A stretch of DNA of 63,775 bases from Lama glama (GCA_028534125.1 CM052817.1:28026001-28089775), one strand, 5' to 3'. Numbered from the stretch's first letter, positions 23,777-39,449 are shown. A program made the numbers and translations. The notes: a model not told the origin generated them from the letters alone.

Positions 23777-26700
23777 AAGAGAAGGATCATTAAAAGGTTG
23801 GTTCTAGCTGTAGAATATTGCTGACTTTGTGGAGCAGGACCTTGGGGCTCTGGCAGCTGGATGCCCTGGGCAGGTGTGATACTGAAGCAAGGAGGGGGGC
23901 AATAGGAGCTGGTGGTCATTGCTGCCCTGTCTCCTCAGGGCACCAGTGGGCCCAGCCACACAGGATCCTTCATCAGCAGGGACTGAGGGACCCCACAGGT
24001 CCTGAGGCCCACTTCTAGGATGTCTAAATGCCAGAAGCTGCAGGTCCCACCTTGTGTGTTTGCACCCAATTCCTTGCTTACTTTTAGCAGGTGGCAGCAG
24101 GCTGGCAGTGAGCAGGCACAGCAGCCCCAGAGATCCTCGGGGATCTGAGTGAATGCACCTAACCCCAGAGAGACTTAGAAGTGTTCCGTGGAGGCATCTG
24201 GGAAAGACCGGCATTCTTACTAGTTTGGAATGTGGGAGTTTGTAACTATGATAATTGGAATCTTCAATGCACTCTTACTTTACATTGTAGAAGCAGACAG
24301 GTTAGGTCTGGACATATGGGTAACATATCAATCCAGACTCCCTCTGTGTAGAAAAGAAACAAGCCCCTTCTACTGAAATTAGTGGACCAGTGCTGTGGGG
24401 GAGATGGGCAACAATTTTGATCTCATACTACTTCTGGGTTAAAGGTGAAAACACATCCCCTACATTCAACACGACAGCCACTCAATATGCACCAGACAAT
24501 TCTGTTCTTATGCTTCGTTTTCTGTTTTAAAAATTTCCTTTACATCTCGCCCCCTTCAACATCGTATGATGACCACAGGAAGAGCTCTGTGTTCACACCT
24601 GGGCGATGCCTTCACTGAGAGACTGATGTGCAGGGGCGGCAAAGATAACCGAAGGGAGAACCCCCTACTCTGCCCCAAAGGAGGCAGAACTTAGATGGCA
24701 TACTCATCACTCCCTCTCATACATGGTCAGCCCTTTGTTTTAAGGAGGGAGGCTATGAAGTTTAGGATTTGTTTAGTAATTTAGAGAGCCTGGTCACATA
24801 AGTCATTAAAATTCACTAGTAGCTCTTAATCCACCTGTCTTGACTTGTAAGGACAACTGAGAACCGAGCCAGCTCGTGTGTCATCCCCTCATGGGACACA
24901 ATGGAGGATGAGGCCACATATCCATTAACAGTTCTCACAGGTCCTCCCCAAAGGTCAGATGAGGCTTCTTTATCCTTAAGTCATATAAAAAGTGAAGTTC
25001 ACCAAGAGAAAAAAACATATCTTAATTACACTCTTGACTCTCTCTTGCAGCTTCTCCCAGCACAACGGTTGCACAAAGAAGTCATGTGATACACATTTAA
25101 TGGAAATGGACTTCAAGGGGTTTGGGTGACTGCTTCTGGGATCCCTCAGTGACCCACCCTCACTAGGTTAGGACTGAGATGGTCCAGAGTGAACTCTGAA
25201 GCCATCTTGGAACACGTTCAAACCCCGTATTAAGATACTGTCAAACAGACAGTAATCTGGTAAATAGTAAAGCCAAGAATAAAATGTGACTTTAAGTAGT
25301 GACTTACTCTCATTAGGCTTCAGTTTCCTAGTCTATAAAATTTTATAGACACTTTATGCAGAATAGTTGGTATTACATGGAAGAACTTATGCAAAGTACT
25401 TAACAAAATGCCTAACATTTGTTAAGTATGTAGAAATGTATTACACTTATCTATTTTACTTATAGAGTTAATAGGAGTAAATAATGATAAATTCACATGT
25501 CGAACCTTACAGAAATGGGAGGCTAGCACACTGCCTCCCACATAATGTCCAGAGTGGTGATTCTGTAATTGTTAATTCATCTACTTCCCCTGTTACACTG
25601 AGAGTTATCTGAATAGTCTGCCCCTGGCTCACAGTAAGCATTCAGTGTATGATGAATTAACAAGTGAGCAAAAACATGTTTAACAATGTATCAAGAACAG
25701 ATCCTTCTCCTAGAAGTAGACACAGGTTATCCAGGTCTGCAAGATTGATGCAGAAATTCAAAATGACGATGAGTAAGTTTATGACAAGAAATAATTGCCA
25801 TGGGAACCAGCGTGAATGAAGTCCCCTCATCAGTTGAATTCTCCCCTGCTGGCCACCGCAGAAAGTTGAAGGACCAAGTGATGGTGTCTGGTGAGCACTG
25901 AAGAAACCCACTGGTAGTGGGCTCTTGTCCTGAGTCTAATGGCGTCGGGCCATAACAGCCTGAGCTACCCAATCCCACAACAGGGAACAGGGGTCATAGG
26001 ACCAAAAAATTCAAAGTCTGTTGGAATACATTGGCACTGGGGCCATGATACTTCAGATCGCTCAGTCAGCACTTCTCTTCCCTCCACAGAGCCAAGAAGA
26101 GTCCCTTCAGTGTTCAACTCTCCAACTCACCCATTTCCAGACCATCTCCAAATTCAAGCTGACATTTAATCTGCCATTGGGATTACCATCCTAACCTGCA
26201 AGCCTATAGGAATAAATGTGCCCCTCATGCAGGAGACTCTGCTCTATCGTGTGCTGATCTTACAGAGAGATAAGAGGGCAAGCTCACTCCCCTCCTTTTC
26301 AAGTTCTTGGGGGCATCTCAATATGGCCCCAAAGTACAGACACACAAATCGATGACCATCATGCCACCAGATACACACCTCTTCACCATGTTCAGACATC
26401 TCCAGGAGAATCACTCAGGCCCAGTCAGGCATATGACACCCACTAAAGCATCATTACTCTTCTGACACTGAAAGTTCTACAGAGCAGACCTCTGCAGCTG
26501 CCTTTACTCACCCATCACTTTAAGGATCAGAAATGGGCAAGGGCTCAACAGAGGCTTCCAAAACATCTTTGCTGCTTCCAGGGTTGTACCCTCCAAAGCC
26601 CACAATGTCTTAGACCAGCCAGCATCAAGCCAGTCTCCCCAGATAAACTACTCAGGGCTGCTTTTTACTGAAATGAGTAAGGAGAACAAAGGCCAAATGG

Positions 26701-26967
26701 CATCGACGATGCAGCCATTCACAACTCCAGGTATACTGAAAATCCCATATTCTGTGTTTGTAATACCCGCTCAACTGTTATTTACCCCAGCAGAAAAGCA
26801 GTTGTTTTCTGAATCATGGTTTACTTCAATTAATGATAAAATTAGTATTTTCTAAGCACACACCAAAACCAGGGACTTCAGCAGACCAAATTCTGCATTC
26901 TTAGTTATAAAAATGACCAAATGCGATTTCTAGAGTTCTGAAGGATCAGCGATTTCAGCATGGGGAA

Positions 26968-27467
26968 NNNNNNNNNNNNNNNNNNNNNNNNNNNNNNNNN
27001 NNNNNNNNNNNNNNNNNNNNNNNNNNNNNNNNNNNNNNNNNNNNNNNNNNNNNNNNNNNNNNNNNNNNNNNNNNNNNNNNNNNNNNNNNNNNNNNNNNNN
27101 NNNNNNNNNNNNNNNNNNNNNNNNNNNNNNNNNNNNNNNNNNNNNNNNNNNNNNNNNNNNNNNNNNNNNNNNNNNNNNNNNNNNNNNNNNNNNNNNNNNN
27201 NNNNNNNNNNNNNNNNNNNNNNNNNNNNNNNNNNNNNNNNNNNNNNNNNNNNNNNNNNNNNNNNNNNNNNNNNNNNNNNNNNNNNNNNNNNNNNNNNNNN
27301 NNNNNNNNNNNNNNNNNNNNNNNNNNNNNNNNNNNNNNNNNNNNNNNNNNNNNNNNNNNNNNNNNNNNNNNNNNNNNNNNNNNNNNNNNNNNNNNNNNNN
27401 NNNNNNNNNNNNNNNNNNNNNNNNNNNNNNNNNNNNNNNNNNNNNNNNNNNNNNNNNNNNNNNNNNN
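26968..27467. other. Assembly gap (500 N) inside ATP8A1 intron 1
   Basis: Run of exactly 500 N. Confidence 0.99.
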
Positions 27468-30400
27468 ACCCAATCAGTAAGATCCATTGTTTGTTAGTTC
27501 ATTCACCTGCTCATTCATTCATTCAACGTATCAGATGTATGTTCAGATTTGGATTATGACACATCTACATAACACTGGGCAAATTAATTTATGTTCTGAC
27601 CTCAGCTTCCTCAAGTAAAAACAGGGTTAATATGAGGGTTAAATAATTATGTTAGCAATGTAGCACAATACTAGTCACTTAGATGGTTCCCGTCACCCTA
27701 TCCTATCCCCAGAGATTATCAAGCTAATCTCTCCTTCAAAATATCTGAGATGGGAAAAACAAAAGTCTTAAGGACACACTAAGGTAGGTGCTAACATTTA
27801 AAAATGTTCTGGATAATATTAAAGTTGTGACCAGTGGATAAATCTAGACAGTAGAATAATGGGTTTTACCCTACAATTTAATAAATTACTATTAAAAAAG
27901 TACGTTTTCCCCAAATTGTCATCTGTAGGGTTATGTAACAGAAGCAGGGGTGGGTAGGTAGGAGGGAGAAGAGAACAAGATACAAAATCATTCTGTTGCC
28001 TGGTAATGTGGTTACAGAACCACTAAGTTTTTGCAGACTCAACTTTATTACAATTATAAGTAAGGCTGTATTTGGAATCAGAGTATCTACTATGTTATCT
28101 CCTAAACATACTTGGGAGAGCCCAACTGCATATCCTTCTACTCAGTGGCTTCTAATATTAGACATTAAAGGGACCCTATTAATTGCTCCCATTTCTTGAG
28201 CTAGAATGAAGTCTTAAGACAACAGTCATACATGCAACATACACAGAATCTAATAAAAGAATATTAACTGGAAAACTAGCCAGAGACTTGAGAGGCACAA
28301 TGGCAGAACTTAGGTGTAATTAAAGTTATGTGCTACTTAGTAAGAAATTATGAGCATTATCCAAGTTCCTGTCTAAGGTTTAATATGCCTTATCTTGTTC
28401 ATTGGGAAAAATAATAATAAATTAAAAGTCCTTATCTAATAATTTTTTTTTTGGTTCAAGTGTACAGAGTAAAACAATCTTTGGCTGAATAAGTTAGATG
28501 CTTGTATTTTATTTATATTTAGTGGTTACCATGTATATAGGTTGTTTATTTAATTAGAAATACAGAAGCAGTTGCTAGACTTACAAAAGAGGTTTGAAAT
28601 CCCATGTTTCGCATTGTTGGAGCGGAACGGTCATTTCAAACGTTCGATTGTGAGCCTGATGGCAGCTGTTCAGGCAGAGAGGGTACAAAAGGAAGGAACC
28701 ACCAGTCTGGAAACAATGAACCATGTGCTTTAAAGGTTAAGACTCACATACTACAGTTCCAAATATGGCACTGAAGGAATCAAACACCTTTAAAAGCATA
28801 GAAATTAAATCGAAAAGATTCAGCAATGCATCTCAAATTTCTAGACCATGACTGCCATAGCCAGAGGGGAAATGAAATTTTCTATTGCATCAATACACCT
28901 TCCCCAGACTGAATATTGATTCAGGCTCTATGCAGTGAACATCTGCTGTTCATTTCAGCGCAGCATGTGCTTCTCTTGAGAACAGTCTTTTGATTTCCTT
29001 TGGAGAACTCCCCTCCCCCAACTGTAGGCTGTCTTGAGGGACCGGTCCGTCGAGATACCATTCCTCCTTTTGATTTAAAGGTGGGCACATGGCCCACGCT
29101 AAGCTAATCACACTCAATTTGCTATCTGGAGTTATGAAAAGGCTGGGCACAGATAAGACGGATTCTGAGGCATCCAGAAGGAACTGCCCATTGGCCCCGC
29201 TGCCTTGCATGATCCTTGACCTTCCTTAGAGCTTTTCATTTGATTCTGGGAACTAGCCTATCTACTTAAAGAACATGCTCAGCTCCCACAGTATGGAGTG
29301 TACGCAGAGGCCCTTCAGTTCTCTCGGCTGGAAGACAAGTCCTGTCCTAACGCCCATCTAATTAACGTGGGTGGGCACCGACACTGGACCTGTACCTGGC
29401 CTTTCCTCTTCGAGGAGCTGAATCCTGCTTTCCATCCCAGTCACTAAGCTGGCTTTTCTGCTCTGCATGGGACCACGACCTGGAACCACATGCAACTACC
29501 CTGCCCCAAAATCATGAGGCTGCCTGGAACCTTCCCCGACAGGCCCTACTTGCTAGATCGGATCTCCTCTGATGTTCACAGCTGCCCTATCCACGCCCTG
29601 AGTCCAGCATGTTCTGGGACAACCAGGGGTTTCCACCCTAAGGAACCTGCACAACAGCCAAAAGGCTTTCCCCATGTCTGGCTTCCTCGCCCCTGCTCTC
29701 ACGTTCACGCAGCTGTGATGCTGGCTCACCACCCTCCAGTGCGGTTAAGTCATAACAAAATGTAACAGAGAATGTCCATCTGCCCTGATGCTGTAACACA
29801 TAGTTACCTGCTTCAAAAAAATCGGTTCATCTTGTAAAAGAGTTCACTTTTTTTCCCTCAAGAATTCTTCTCAAAATGAAGAAACTTTGCTTCTCAAATG
29901 GAGAATTGCTGATGGTCAGGGGGCCAGTGAGTACCAGAGCCAGGATAACATTTGGAAATGGATAAAGTCCAATTTAGTTCTAAAGCTTTAAAACTGACAG
30001 ATACATTTATTCATTCAACAGTGACGCCTGACCTGGCCTCTCCCTCTAAGCACATTTCTCACTACGCCGTCTGCCACTTCAACACAGTTTTCCACTTCCA
30101 GCCTTCTCCTAGCTCATGGCCTTGTCGACGCTGTTAGATGTCAGAGCAGTCTCCCTGACCATTCTTCCTCGAAGTGTCATCTACAAACATTTTGAGTATA
30201 CAGTGGTACTCTGACTACTCCCATATTAATCTTTTGACCTATATACTTAGGTATATAGTAACTGGTAACTGAGAATTAACATACTAGGTGTTACAGACGT
30301 AAAATTAACCTAATATGTGGAAGTAACATAAAGAACATTTCAGGGAAGTCCCCTGCATGCAATAAATGTTGATCAAATTTTCTGTTTTAACATCAGGCCA

Positions 30401-33400
30401 ACCAAAAATTCCCAGAACTTTATAGTCTTGTCCCTATCTTGACACCCCTAATATATCTTCCTGTTAGGACCTGACATTACCATACACGGTAAGTGATATT
30501 TTGATTTAAGTGTCTTTGTGGGAACTGATCTAAAAATAAACAAGTGTGAAAAACATATTGACATTATTTCTTGTCTAAAATAAGAAAAACAATGTCTGCA
30601 ACAAGCTCCGAAAGCAGCACCGCAAATTCTAAGAGGCAGACGCTGAAACGAGGCTCCCTGACATTCAGGGGAAAGGCTGTCCTGGAGCAGTGTGACATGG
30701 AAACCTGTGCTCGCCCAGGCTTGGGCCTCCCCCATAGTAAGCACTCAGTTTCTTTGGCTGCCAGCCTGGATGTTAACCTAGAAAAATAATCATCTTGGGC
30801 ATGGTGAGTTACTGCAAAGAAGGAACACATGTATTCACGCCAGATCATGCTTAACAAGGAAAGGAAGAAGAATAATGAAAGATAAAAGGAGTTTAATGAT
30901 ATCCCCTTGGGGATGACCCATAGTTCACTGGGTCAGACAAGAAGTGACTGAAATGTAGACTGAAAATTGGCACAGAAACGGACTGCACTAGCAAAGAGAA
31001 GTTTCAACCACCAGACATCTACTAGGCATCTCCTAGAAGTCTCAATTAGCTAAAGGCATCGCTGACTTGTCTTGGCAGCAAATCTGTCTCTGAGAAGGTA
31101 TGGGAAACAAGATGAGGAATTGCTACCATGGACTGGATTCTAATCAAAGCAGAAGTGACAGAGCAGTGATGACACTCACAGAAAACACAGCTGGACTAGA
31201 GAGCTTTCGGCAGTCAAAGAGGGAAACACCAGGCCAAGCCAGACGTGTTCTAGGTGTCAGGAGGATGTATTTCAAGTTAACATCAAGACCTAAAAGGGGC
31301 AGAAGTCCGGAAGGCTGTCTGCAGTAACATGATGACTAACTGTGGAAGGTCCTATCAAGAGGGAAAAGAGAGGTGTGGTCAAAGAGACCACTGTCGCAGT
31401 GCAGGAAGCCCTTGAACAAGGAAAAGCAGGTAAAAAGATCATGGGAAGGGTTGGAACTACGCTCACGTAGTCAATAACAAATAATAACAGAAGCATGGTC
31501 ATCCAGGAATAGAGGAAAGGTGTTTTCAAAAATGTTGGAGATTACCAAAATGTTTTCTCCCTTCCATCTGGACTACAGGAACTCAACGGGCTAGGTCTGC
31601 TGCCTGTAAAGATGGCGTACATTACCTGAGTCTGAACAATGATGCCATTAGCCAAATCGAAATCCTTAGCACTCTGTACTTCAACAAGGTATTCAGCTAG
31701 ACCCTGTTCTTGTAGAACTGAGACCCACAATCCCACGATTACGTAACAATGTTGGATTCACAACTGGTCCACAAATTTCCATGGGGGGAATCAAACTGGA
31801 GCTTTCCTTTGGGTCCCTCCCTGCCTGCAACACCTTCTGAAGGAGCCTACTTGGCTCACCCTTGGCCCCTACCATTCCTCTCCTCTCCTGGGCTTACTTG
31901 CTTGCACTGGGAGGGTGGAGTCAGGGTCAAGGGGCACCTGAGCAGCAGGGCCAACTGGACTTCCTTCTGGGAATGTGGACTTGTGATCCAGAGACCTAGG
32001 CAGGCAGGCTTGGCACTGAGCAGGGACCATCATGGCAAGTCGGGCTGGAGAGGGATGGGTCACAGTAAAGCCACGTGCATGGTGGAGGTGTGAAGAGGAG
32101 AATGGAGTAGATGTAGGGAGGAAAAACCAGGGAAGCCCTGGACAAAGTGAGAGACCCAAAGACTGAGTCCCACGAGGCTCTGCTGTGATCCAACAGGATC
32201 CATTGACAGTCCCAGTAGATGCACAGCTTCTCGAAGACTCAGGAGCCAGATTGCCAGGTTCCAATGACAGGATAAGGACATACATGGCAGGATTAATAAA
32301 TGGGCAGAGGACACGAAAGAATCAATTCAGGAAGGTTTTGAGCGTTGAATAAACTGAAGATCCTATACTAAGGCCTAAAAAAATCGACTGTGCAAATATA
32401 ATATGGGGGATTCGGCCCAGCAAAACATGTAGAGAACAAAAGGTTTTATTGCTCTTATTACTTTCTTAAGAAGAAAGAACTTGCTAAAAATTAGAAGTGT
32501 CTGAGAATGCACAGGGCTATTTTACAAGGGGTGTGATTCCCGTCACTGAGAGGTATTCAAGCAGGACCTGCACAACCAGCCGCTAGCAGGTGCACACAAA
32601 TAACATCATTTTGCTACTGCACTGTTCTCAGAATGAGCCAGGGGAGTTTGATGGGCACCCACTTATCTCCATTGTGATTTTGCAAGAGAGAAAAAAATAA
32701 TTCACTTTTTTTTTAAAAACACTGTCTCAAGTGTCAAAAACACCCAGTGAAGACGATAAAGCCTACCTGCTGATTTGTGTCTTTGGAAAAGTCAGTGCAG
32801 CACACACAGCAGCGTGAGTCACCCATGAGCAAGAACAGCTTTCTACTCTAGCGAACCAGACACTGCCCAGAATCAGGAAAAAGTGATACTTTCCCACTGT
32901 CTACTGGTGACCAGTGGTGTCAGAGTCTGGCATGGGAAGTTTCCAACAAGTCTATCAACCAGGCTAGAAAAATTGGACAACCACAAAGGAGCACTGGAGA
33001 ACTCCACCACGTCCCAGCATGACCCTGAGAGCAGGTGTGCCTCTGGGGTGGCCTGCCTGCCAGCACCGTGGGGCCGTCATTAAAGAACTCAGCGAGACTG
33101 GTCAGGCAAGACAGGCTCAGAGATACAGGAGTCACCTACACAAAAGCAAATGAAACACGGCTGCCTTCGGTTTGTCAGGATGTGGCTCAAAAAGGAGACA
33201 GAAACCTCCACTAAAGCGGATTACGCCGGGACGTGTGAATGACAGCTGGTGGGCCGCGAAGACTTCAAAGACCCAGAACGGTGCTGGGCGACATGAAAGC
33301 AGTGACACCCACACATTGTGAGACTGCACTTGGCCCAACCCAGCTCACAGGTGGAGCAAGAGCGATGAAAGTACAGACTGCACAGATGCTTCAAGAACCT

Positions 33401-33576
33401 TCTGACACTGTAAATGAAAACCACCCACTGCAGAAAGAGCCTCAAAATGCAATGCTGGCACCTCCGTGTACCACCGTGAATTAGAACTGAAATCAGCCCC
33501 TTAGATCTGCTGGGGTGTCTGTGGCCACTGCTGAGCAAAGTGCCATGGGCTTGTATTTGACAATAAGAAGACTCCA

Positions 33577-34324
33577 CTGGAGAGGCTGTGGAGAAAAGGG
33601 AACCCTTCTACACTGCTGGTGGGAATGCAGTTTGGTGCAGTCATTGTGGAAAACAGTATGGAGATTCCTCAAAAGACTAGGAATAGACTTACCATATGAC
33701 CTAGGAATCCCGCTCATGGGCATATATCCAGAAGGAACCCTACTTCAAAAAGACATCTGCATCTCAATGTTCATAGCAGCACTATTTACAATAGCCAAAA
33801 TATGGAAACAGCCTAAATGTCCATTGACAGATGACTGGATAAAGAAGATGTGGTATATTTATACAATGGAATACCATTCAGCCATAAAAACCGACAACAT
33901 AATGTCATTTGCAGCAACATGGATGCTCCTGGAGAATGTCATTCTAAGTGAAGTAAGCCAGAAAGAGAAAGAAAAATACCATATGAGATTGTGCATATGT
34001 GGAATCTAAAACAACAACAAAAAACAAAACATAAATACAAAACAGAAACAGACTCATAGACATAGAATACAAACTTGTGGTTGCCAAGGGGGCGGGAGGT
34101 GGGAAGGGACAGACTGGGCTTTCAAAATGTAGAATAGATAAACAAGACTATTCTGTATAGCACAGGAAATGTATACAAGATCTTGTGGTAGCTCACAGAG
34201 AAAAAAAATGTGACAATGAATATATGTATGTTCATGTATAACTGAAAAATTGTGCTCTACACTGGAATTTGACTCAACATTGTAAAATGACTATCACTCG
34301 ATAAAAAAAAGTTAAAAAAAAAAA
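33577..34324 (+). mobile_element. Young 5'-truncated L1 with an uninterrupted ORF2 C-terminal frame
   Basis: ORF 33515-34009 includes HCWWEC...EVSQKEKEKYHM with no stops, followed by the 3' UTR and poly(A). TSD aagactcca at 33568-33576 and 34325-34333. Confidence 0.93.
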
Positions 34325-36869
34325 AAGACTCCATGAGATTCAAAATCACTCCAGCAGGTTAAAAAGCTCAGCTCCCAAAATCTGAACAGCTTGATCTCAT
34401 CCCAATCACTCATCAGACACAGATTCAAGTAACATTTGCTAAGCCTCTACTCTAGTGCTTTATTTTAATTTTCCACTCTGAAAGATGTCCCTGCAGTTTG
34501 GAGCAGCTCAGGAGCCAAAAGAACACGATGTTGACATAAAGAGTGTTCTCGTCAACTCTGAAGTCCCGGCATCAAAACTGTCAATCCCAAGCAGGTTAAG
34601 TCCATGCATCTCCCAGATGCCTAAAACCCACAGCAATGAGGAACAGGTAACACACTAATAGTTATGCTTATTGAGGTTCTAAAGAATACTAAAAGAAGAC
34701 GGAGGAAGTAGATGGAATTTAGGATAAATGCAATACTCTTTCCAAGAGAATAAAAAAAATGTACACAAACATAACATATTTTGCCACATGTGGATCTTCT
34801 CACTCTCTTCTAAAATGCGAGGAGGTTTTCAGTCCTTCATCCCAGTGTTTTCTATCTTAGTAAAAGGTGCCATCATTTTGGGCTTAGGGCCCAAAACTTT
34901 AGTCATTCTCAACGTCTTTAACATTCCACATCCTAGTCTTCAATAAATCTGTCCGATCTACCTTCAAACTATATCCTGAATCTGACCCATCACCTCCACT
35001 GATACCTAGTAGTCCCAGCCACTAACATCTTTCTTCATTTCAACTTCTACCTCCAAGATGAAATCTGAATCTCTAGGGGTGGAACCCAAGGATCAGCTAC
35101 TTTAAAGCTCCTCAGGGAATTCTAATATGCAGCCAGGCTTGGTCTACCGTCTAGCCAACAAACAGATGACTTACTGGTAGGAAGTACTACCACTTTGCAA
35201 AAGGAAAACAGGAGTCTCAGGGAGGTTATATGACTTGCCCAAGGCCACCCAGCTTGGAGGACCCTAAAGTCAGATATCACTCCAGGCCCGCTGGGAGCCC
35301 TGTGTGCCTTATTTCATTTTTTCCTTAAGTCATTTATTTACAGGGTAGCAGCTTACGATGCCGAGGAAAGTGGGGGCAGTCTCCAGTTTTGTTGCTGACA
35401 CAAAACCCATGCACTCTGCTTTTTAAGTGGCTACTATGTCAAACAGTGCGGTAGCAAACAGACTAAAGACACAAGGTATAAACAGTAAAGATACTGATTC
35501 TATTAACTTGTGTCAGTGGAATTGAAAAAAGACAATCTCAGCTGGATATACGGAAAAACGTCTGATCTCTTATAAAGAAAACTATCAGTTCAGATGGAAG
35601 GTCTTGGTATTCAGGTTTAGTTAAAATTAAATCACGTAGGAGAGTAGTTCACCGACCATAGGATAAATTCCACAGGGAAAATCACTTAACACAATTAAGG
35701 GAGAGTCAATAGGCACCTGGGGAAATTAAGAGGGCTTTTTTCCTTCTTTGCTGATTATATTCACTTAGAAGTCAACAAACAGCCGACTCAGGTAATGATT
35801 CTTTCATTGAACGTTAAACAAAAAGATGTGAATAAGCAGCCATCTGGGGTTAAACCGAGCCAGTGATTCAGAACTCTACCCGCCCGATCCCCCTGGTCAA
35901 ATTCTGTCTAAGAAGATTTCCATCTGTAGAGTACAAGTAACATGATCACCTCAAAAAGTAAAGTCTAAATGCAAAAACAATGAGGATGGATGACAACATA
36001 AAGGCTAGAAGAGAATATAAAATTTAAAAAAGTCCCACAAATGTGGGACACCATACACCTGACCTAAGGCACTGTGGAGTTTGCCTTCCAGTCCTCGAAG
36101 TTTGAAGTAATAACCATCACCCTCTGAAGCCAGACCCCTGCATCCATCCACGAGGCCACAGAGAAATCACATTGTCTAAATTAAGAGTTTCAAAATAAGC
36201 TTCACCTCGGCAACCAGGGAAGACAGGTAAATTGGGACTTGTGGTAAGTTTCTGCTTTCTGGACATTAACCTGTAAAAGACTTATTGACATCGTGGTGAG
36301 ATAAATCAGTAATTGTAAACTAAAGAAAATAAACCCTTTGAAAATAAAGTAGCCACAGATGTTTCAGAGACTTTTTACCAAATTGTTAAGGTATTTCTTC
36401 CAGGTGAAAATAACTACATATGTAGGCTATCAATACTGGATGAATAAAGAGATTAATTACTACAACAAACTAAAAATAAGTAGGTTAGCAAAAACTATAA
36501 CGACACTGCAGAGAGGATCATATTCACCAGGCTCCCAGAGAAGATACAGCACCAGCTAAAAATAAACGGAATGTGTTTACTCTTCATTCGGTTGTACTGA
36601 ACTGAATGTTTAATTCAGAATTTTAAAGAAAGTCTTCAAAAGAAAATAACTGAGTGTCATCACATGAACTTTATCATGTCTGAGAGGAGAAAGTTAGAGA
36701 AGTGTAATTAGACTCATGAAGTAACTGGGCAATAAACAAAATATTTATCAAAAAAGAATCTATATGCTCTTAGTGTCTTGGCCGGCAATCTATATGACTT
36801 CATACAGTCTATTCCTCCTCCTCTCTGCAAGCAAGGAAATTGAAAGAGCCACACCACTGTTTTTCAGCA

Positions 36870-37032
36870 CTGTTGCACATCAGAATTACCTGGGAGACAA
36901 AACATCAATGCGTGGTCCATAGGCCCAATGGACCAGACTGACTGACCTCACTGGCCAGGGAAGGGTCCAGGGATCAGCATTGTTTAGACAACCCCCATTT
37001 GATTCACTGTGTAGCCAGGGTTGAGCACTGCT
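36870..37032. mobile_element. MER5A-like hAT-Charlie remnant (similar relics near 35.05-35.15, 43.73-43.89 and 44.9-45.04 kb)
   Basis: tgcacatcagaattacctgggag...tgattc..tgtgtagccagggttgagcactgctg. Confidence 0.6.
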
Positions 37033-38813
37033 GAGATATACAACGTGACTATAAAACCGCCCATATTCTACAAGATTCCCACTGCCCTGGCCACACTGGC
37101 CACAGTTTCCATTAAAGACAGCAGAATCATTCTTCCTCATGCCATTTCTCTAACCTTTACTCACAGCTGTGGGAAAAAAAAAAGTTACAAAAGCTGAGTA
37201 AGCCCACCTGATAATACTCATCACAGCCATTCTGGCATCCGTGGCGGACTGAACCCAACTTAAGCTTAAGGTATAGAATGTACATCGAATTTGGGTAAAA
37301 ATCTATACAGAGAGATTTCTTTCATTTCTTTGGTCAGAGATAGGACATGGTTTGAGGTTTTTTTGGCTTGGTTTTTTTTTTAAAGTAGAATGAGACAGAG
37401 TAGAAGGGGACTGGACAGGATCAACTAGTCATAGCCATTAGGATGACAATACAGTGTCAGAGCAAGGGATCTGGGAAAAAATGGTCATGACAACAGGTGC
37501 GCTCAGAACCAAAGAACTCAAACACGGGGCAACAAGTTTGTCTAGATGAGCTGGCCAAGAGCAACAGTGGGGAAGATGAAAGCAAATGATTTTCTGAGCC
37601 CTTGGCAGCCTGGTTTGTCACCACAACTCCTCACAAGTGCAGAGCCCTGGAGTCCAAGTGAGGGTCAGCGATCAGCGTCTCCTCTCTCAGAGCAGGGCAG
37701 GGCCCCCAGTTCCGGAGCTCTGTGAGCTGCTGTGACACGCACTAAAGGTCAAGGAAGGGGTGACAGGGTGATTCAGGCCACATCCTTATGGTGCTAAGTC
37801 AGAGCTCCTTAAAGGTAGGAGACATCTAAGGTTTCCAGGGCTGGAGGAGGGCGAACTCTGCATGGGGGTTAAGGAGGAATGAGGGGGAAAGATGGACTGC
37901 AGATGCTGGAAGATTTCTTTCATAACAAGTTGGCTTTAAAACCAAAGTAAGCAAAAGAGACCTAAGCCAATTACAGCAGCTCAGCTATTCTCAACTGGTG
38001 TCAGAACAAGCCATCTCTCTGACTCACCCCTGTGAACCACTGTTTGCTTGCTTCACTCATGAAGGCCAGTCTGTATTCTAGATAGATCTGGCCCATTAAT
38101 GCGGCTTCCTGGTCCAGTGCCTAGACTGGTTTCAACCTTCATAGCAACAGGCTCTACCTAAATTATCACCTGACTAATCCAGTCCCATTAAGTACAACCC
38201 CAGATGGATCAAGGTAAGTCCTCCTCAAAGGCTTAAGCAACTCCAATGAAGAGGCCCAATTCAAAACAGCCACTTCCCTTTGCCCAGTCAACTCAACATG
38301 TAAATGACCAGAAGCCAAGTTCTACAGTCCCCTTAGATTAACAAAACTGACGGCAACGATGTATATGAAAGCATATTACCCAAAGTTACTATCTAGGCAC
38401 ACACATTCATGTTAACCTTTAAGGGAAAACCAACAGGAAGGTAGGGCAGAATGCGTTTATCAAATCTATTTAAGAAGAATTGTTTTTAATGGGACCAAAA
38501 CAACAGGTTTCAACAGATGCTATGATGAACTTACATAAAACCTCTAAACTGCCACAAGGGCCATGTCAAAAGCAGTACTATCCAAGCACTAATACATCCA
38601 TCGTGTGAGGTTTTATGAGGACATTCGAGAAGTCCTTCTGTCGTAAGGAAGGAAGTTAAAGGCTTAAAATCTCTACTTAAGAGAGAAGTATGTTTACACA
38701 TGTACTTTTAATAAACTGACTCTGAGACATGATTTCTGTTATAAAATTTTATGTTCTGAAAAAGTCTAGTAAATCCTCACATGTCAGCCCAGGCTAGAGG
38801 TGTAACCTACAGC

Positions 38814-39140
38814 TGTGCTGTCTAGTATGACAGCCACTCACCATGTGTGACAACTGAGCATGTGAAATGGGGCTAGTTTAAATGAGATGTACTGTAAATA
38901 TAAAATATACAGCAGATTTAGAAAACTTAGTACAAAAAAAGCAAACTAATTCATTACTAGTTTTTATATCAGTAACATGATGAAATAATATTTTGGATAT
39001 ATTAGGTTGAAGAAAATATATTATTAAAACTAATTTCACCTATTTCTTTTTTATTATTATTAACAATGTGACTACTAGACTATGTCAAAGTACATATGTG
39101 TCTAGCATTTGTGGCTCATATTTACTTTCTTTTGGTGCTG
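38814..39140. mobile_element. MER33-like hAT-Charlie DNA transposon
   Basis: ctgtgctgtctagtatgacagccact...ttttggatatattaggtt..aaaatatattattaaaactaatttcacct...tgtggctcata; ~325 bp. Confidence 0.75.
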
Positions 39141-39449
39141 ATCTAAGACACGAATGACAATTTGATACAAGTAGATTCCATGGAACTATTAAATTCCAGC
39201 TGGTCTAAATTCTGACCTTTACTCCTAGCAGAAAGGATGAAAAAGAGCAATATGTTGGCTATTCTGTAAGAACTATGTGAAACCTTAGAAGTAGTAAGTT
39301 GGAACCAGAGTCCACAAAAACCCAGCTGATAAAAAATGAACAAATCTTGCTGAAGAAACAGGGTAACCAAAATACACCTGGTCAAGTCTAATTAATTGAA
39401 AACTTTGTTTAAAAATACTTTGCTTTATAATATAGAATTTAAAAACCTA

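Noticed and set aside
33515..34009. 164-aa ORF as a novel antisense gene
   Set aside because: It is the L1 ORF2 C-terminus joined by chance to flanking sequence.
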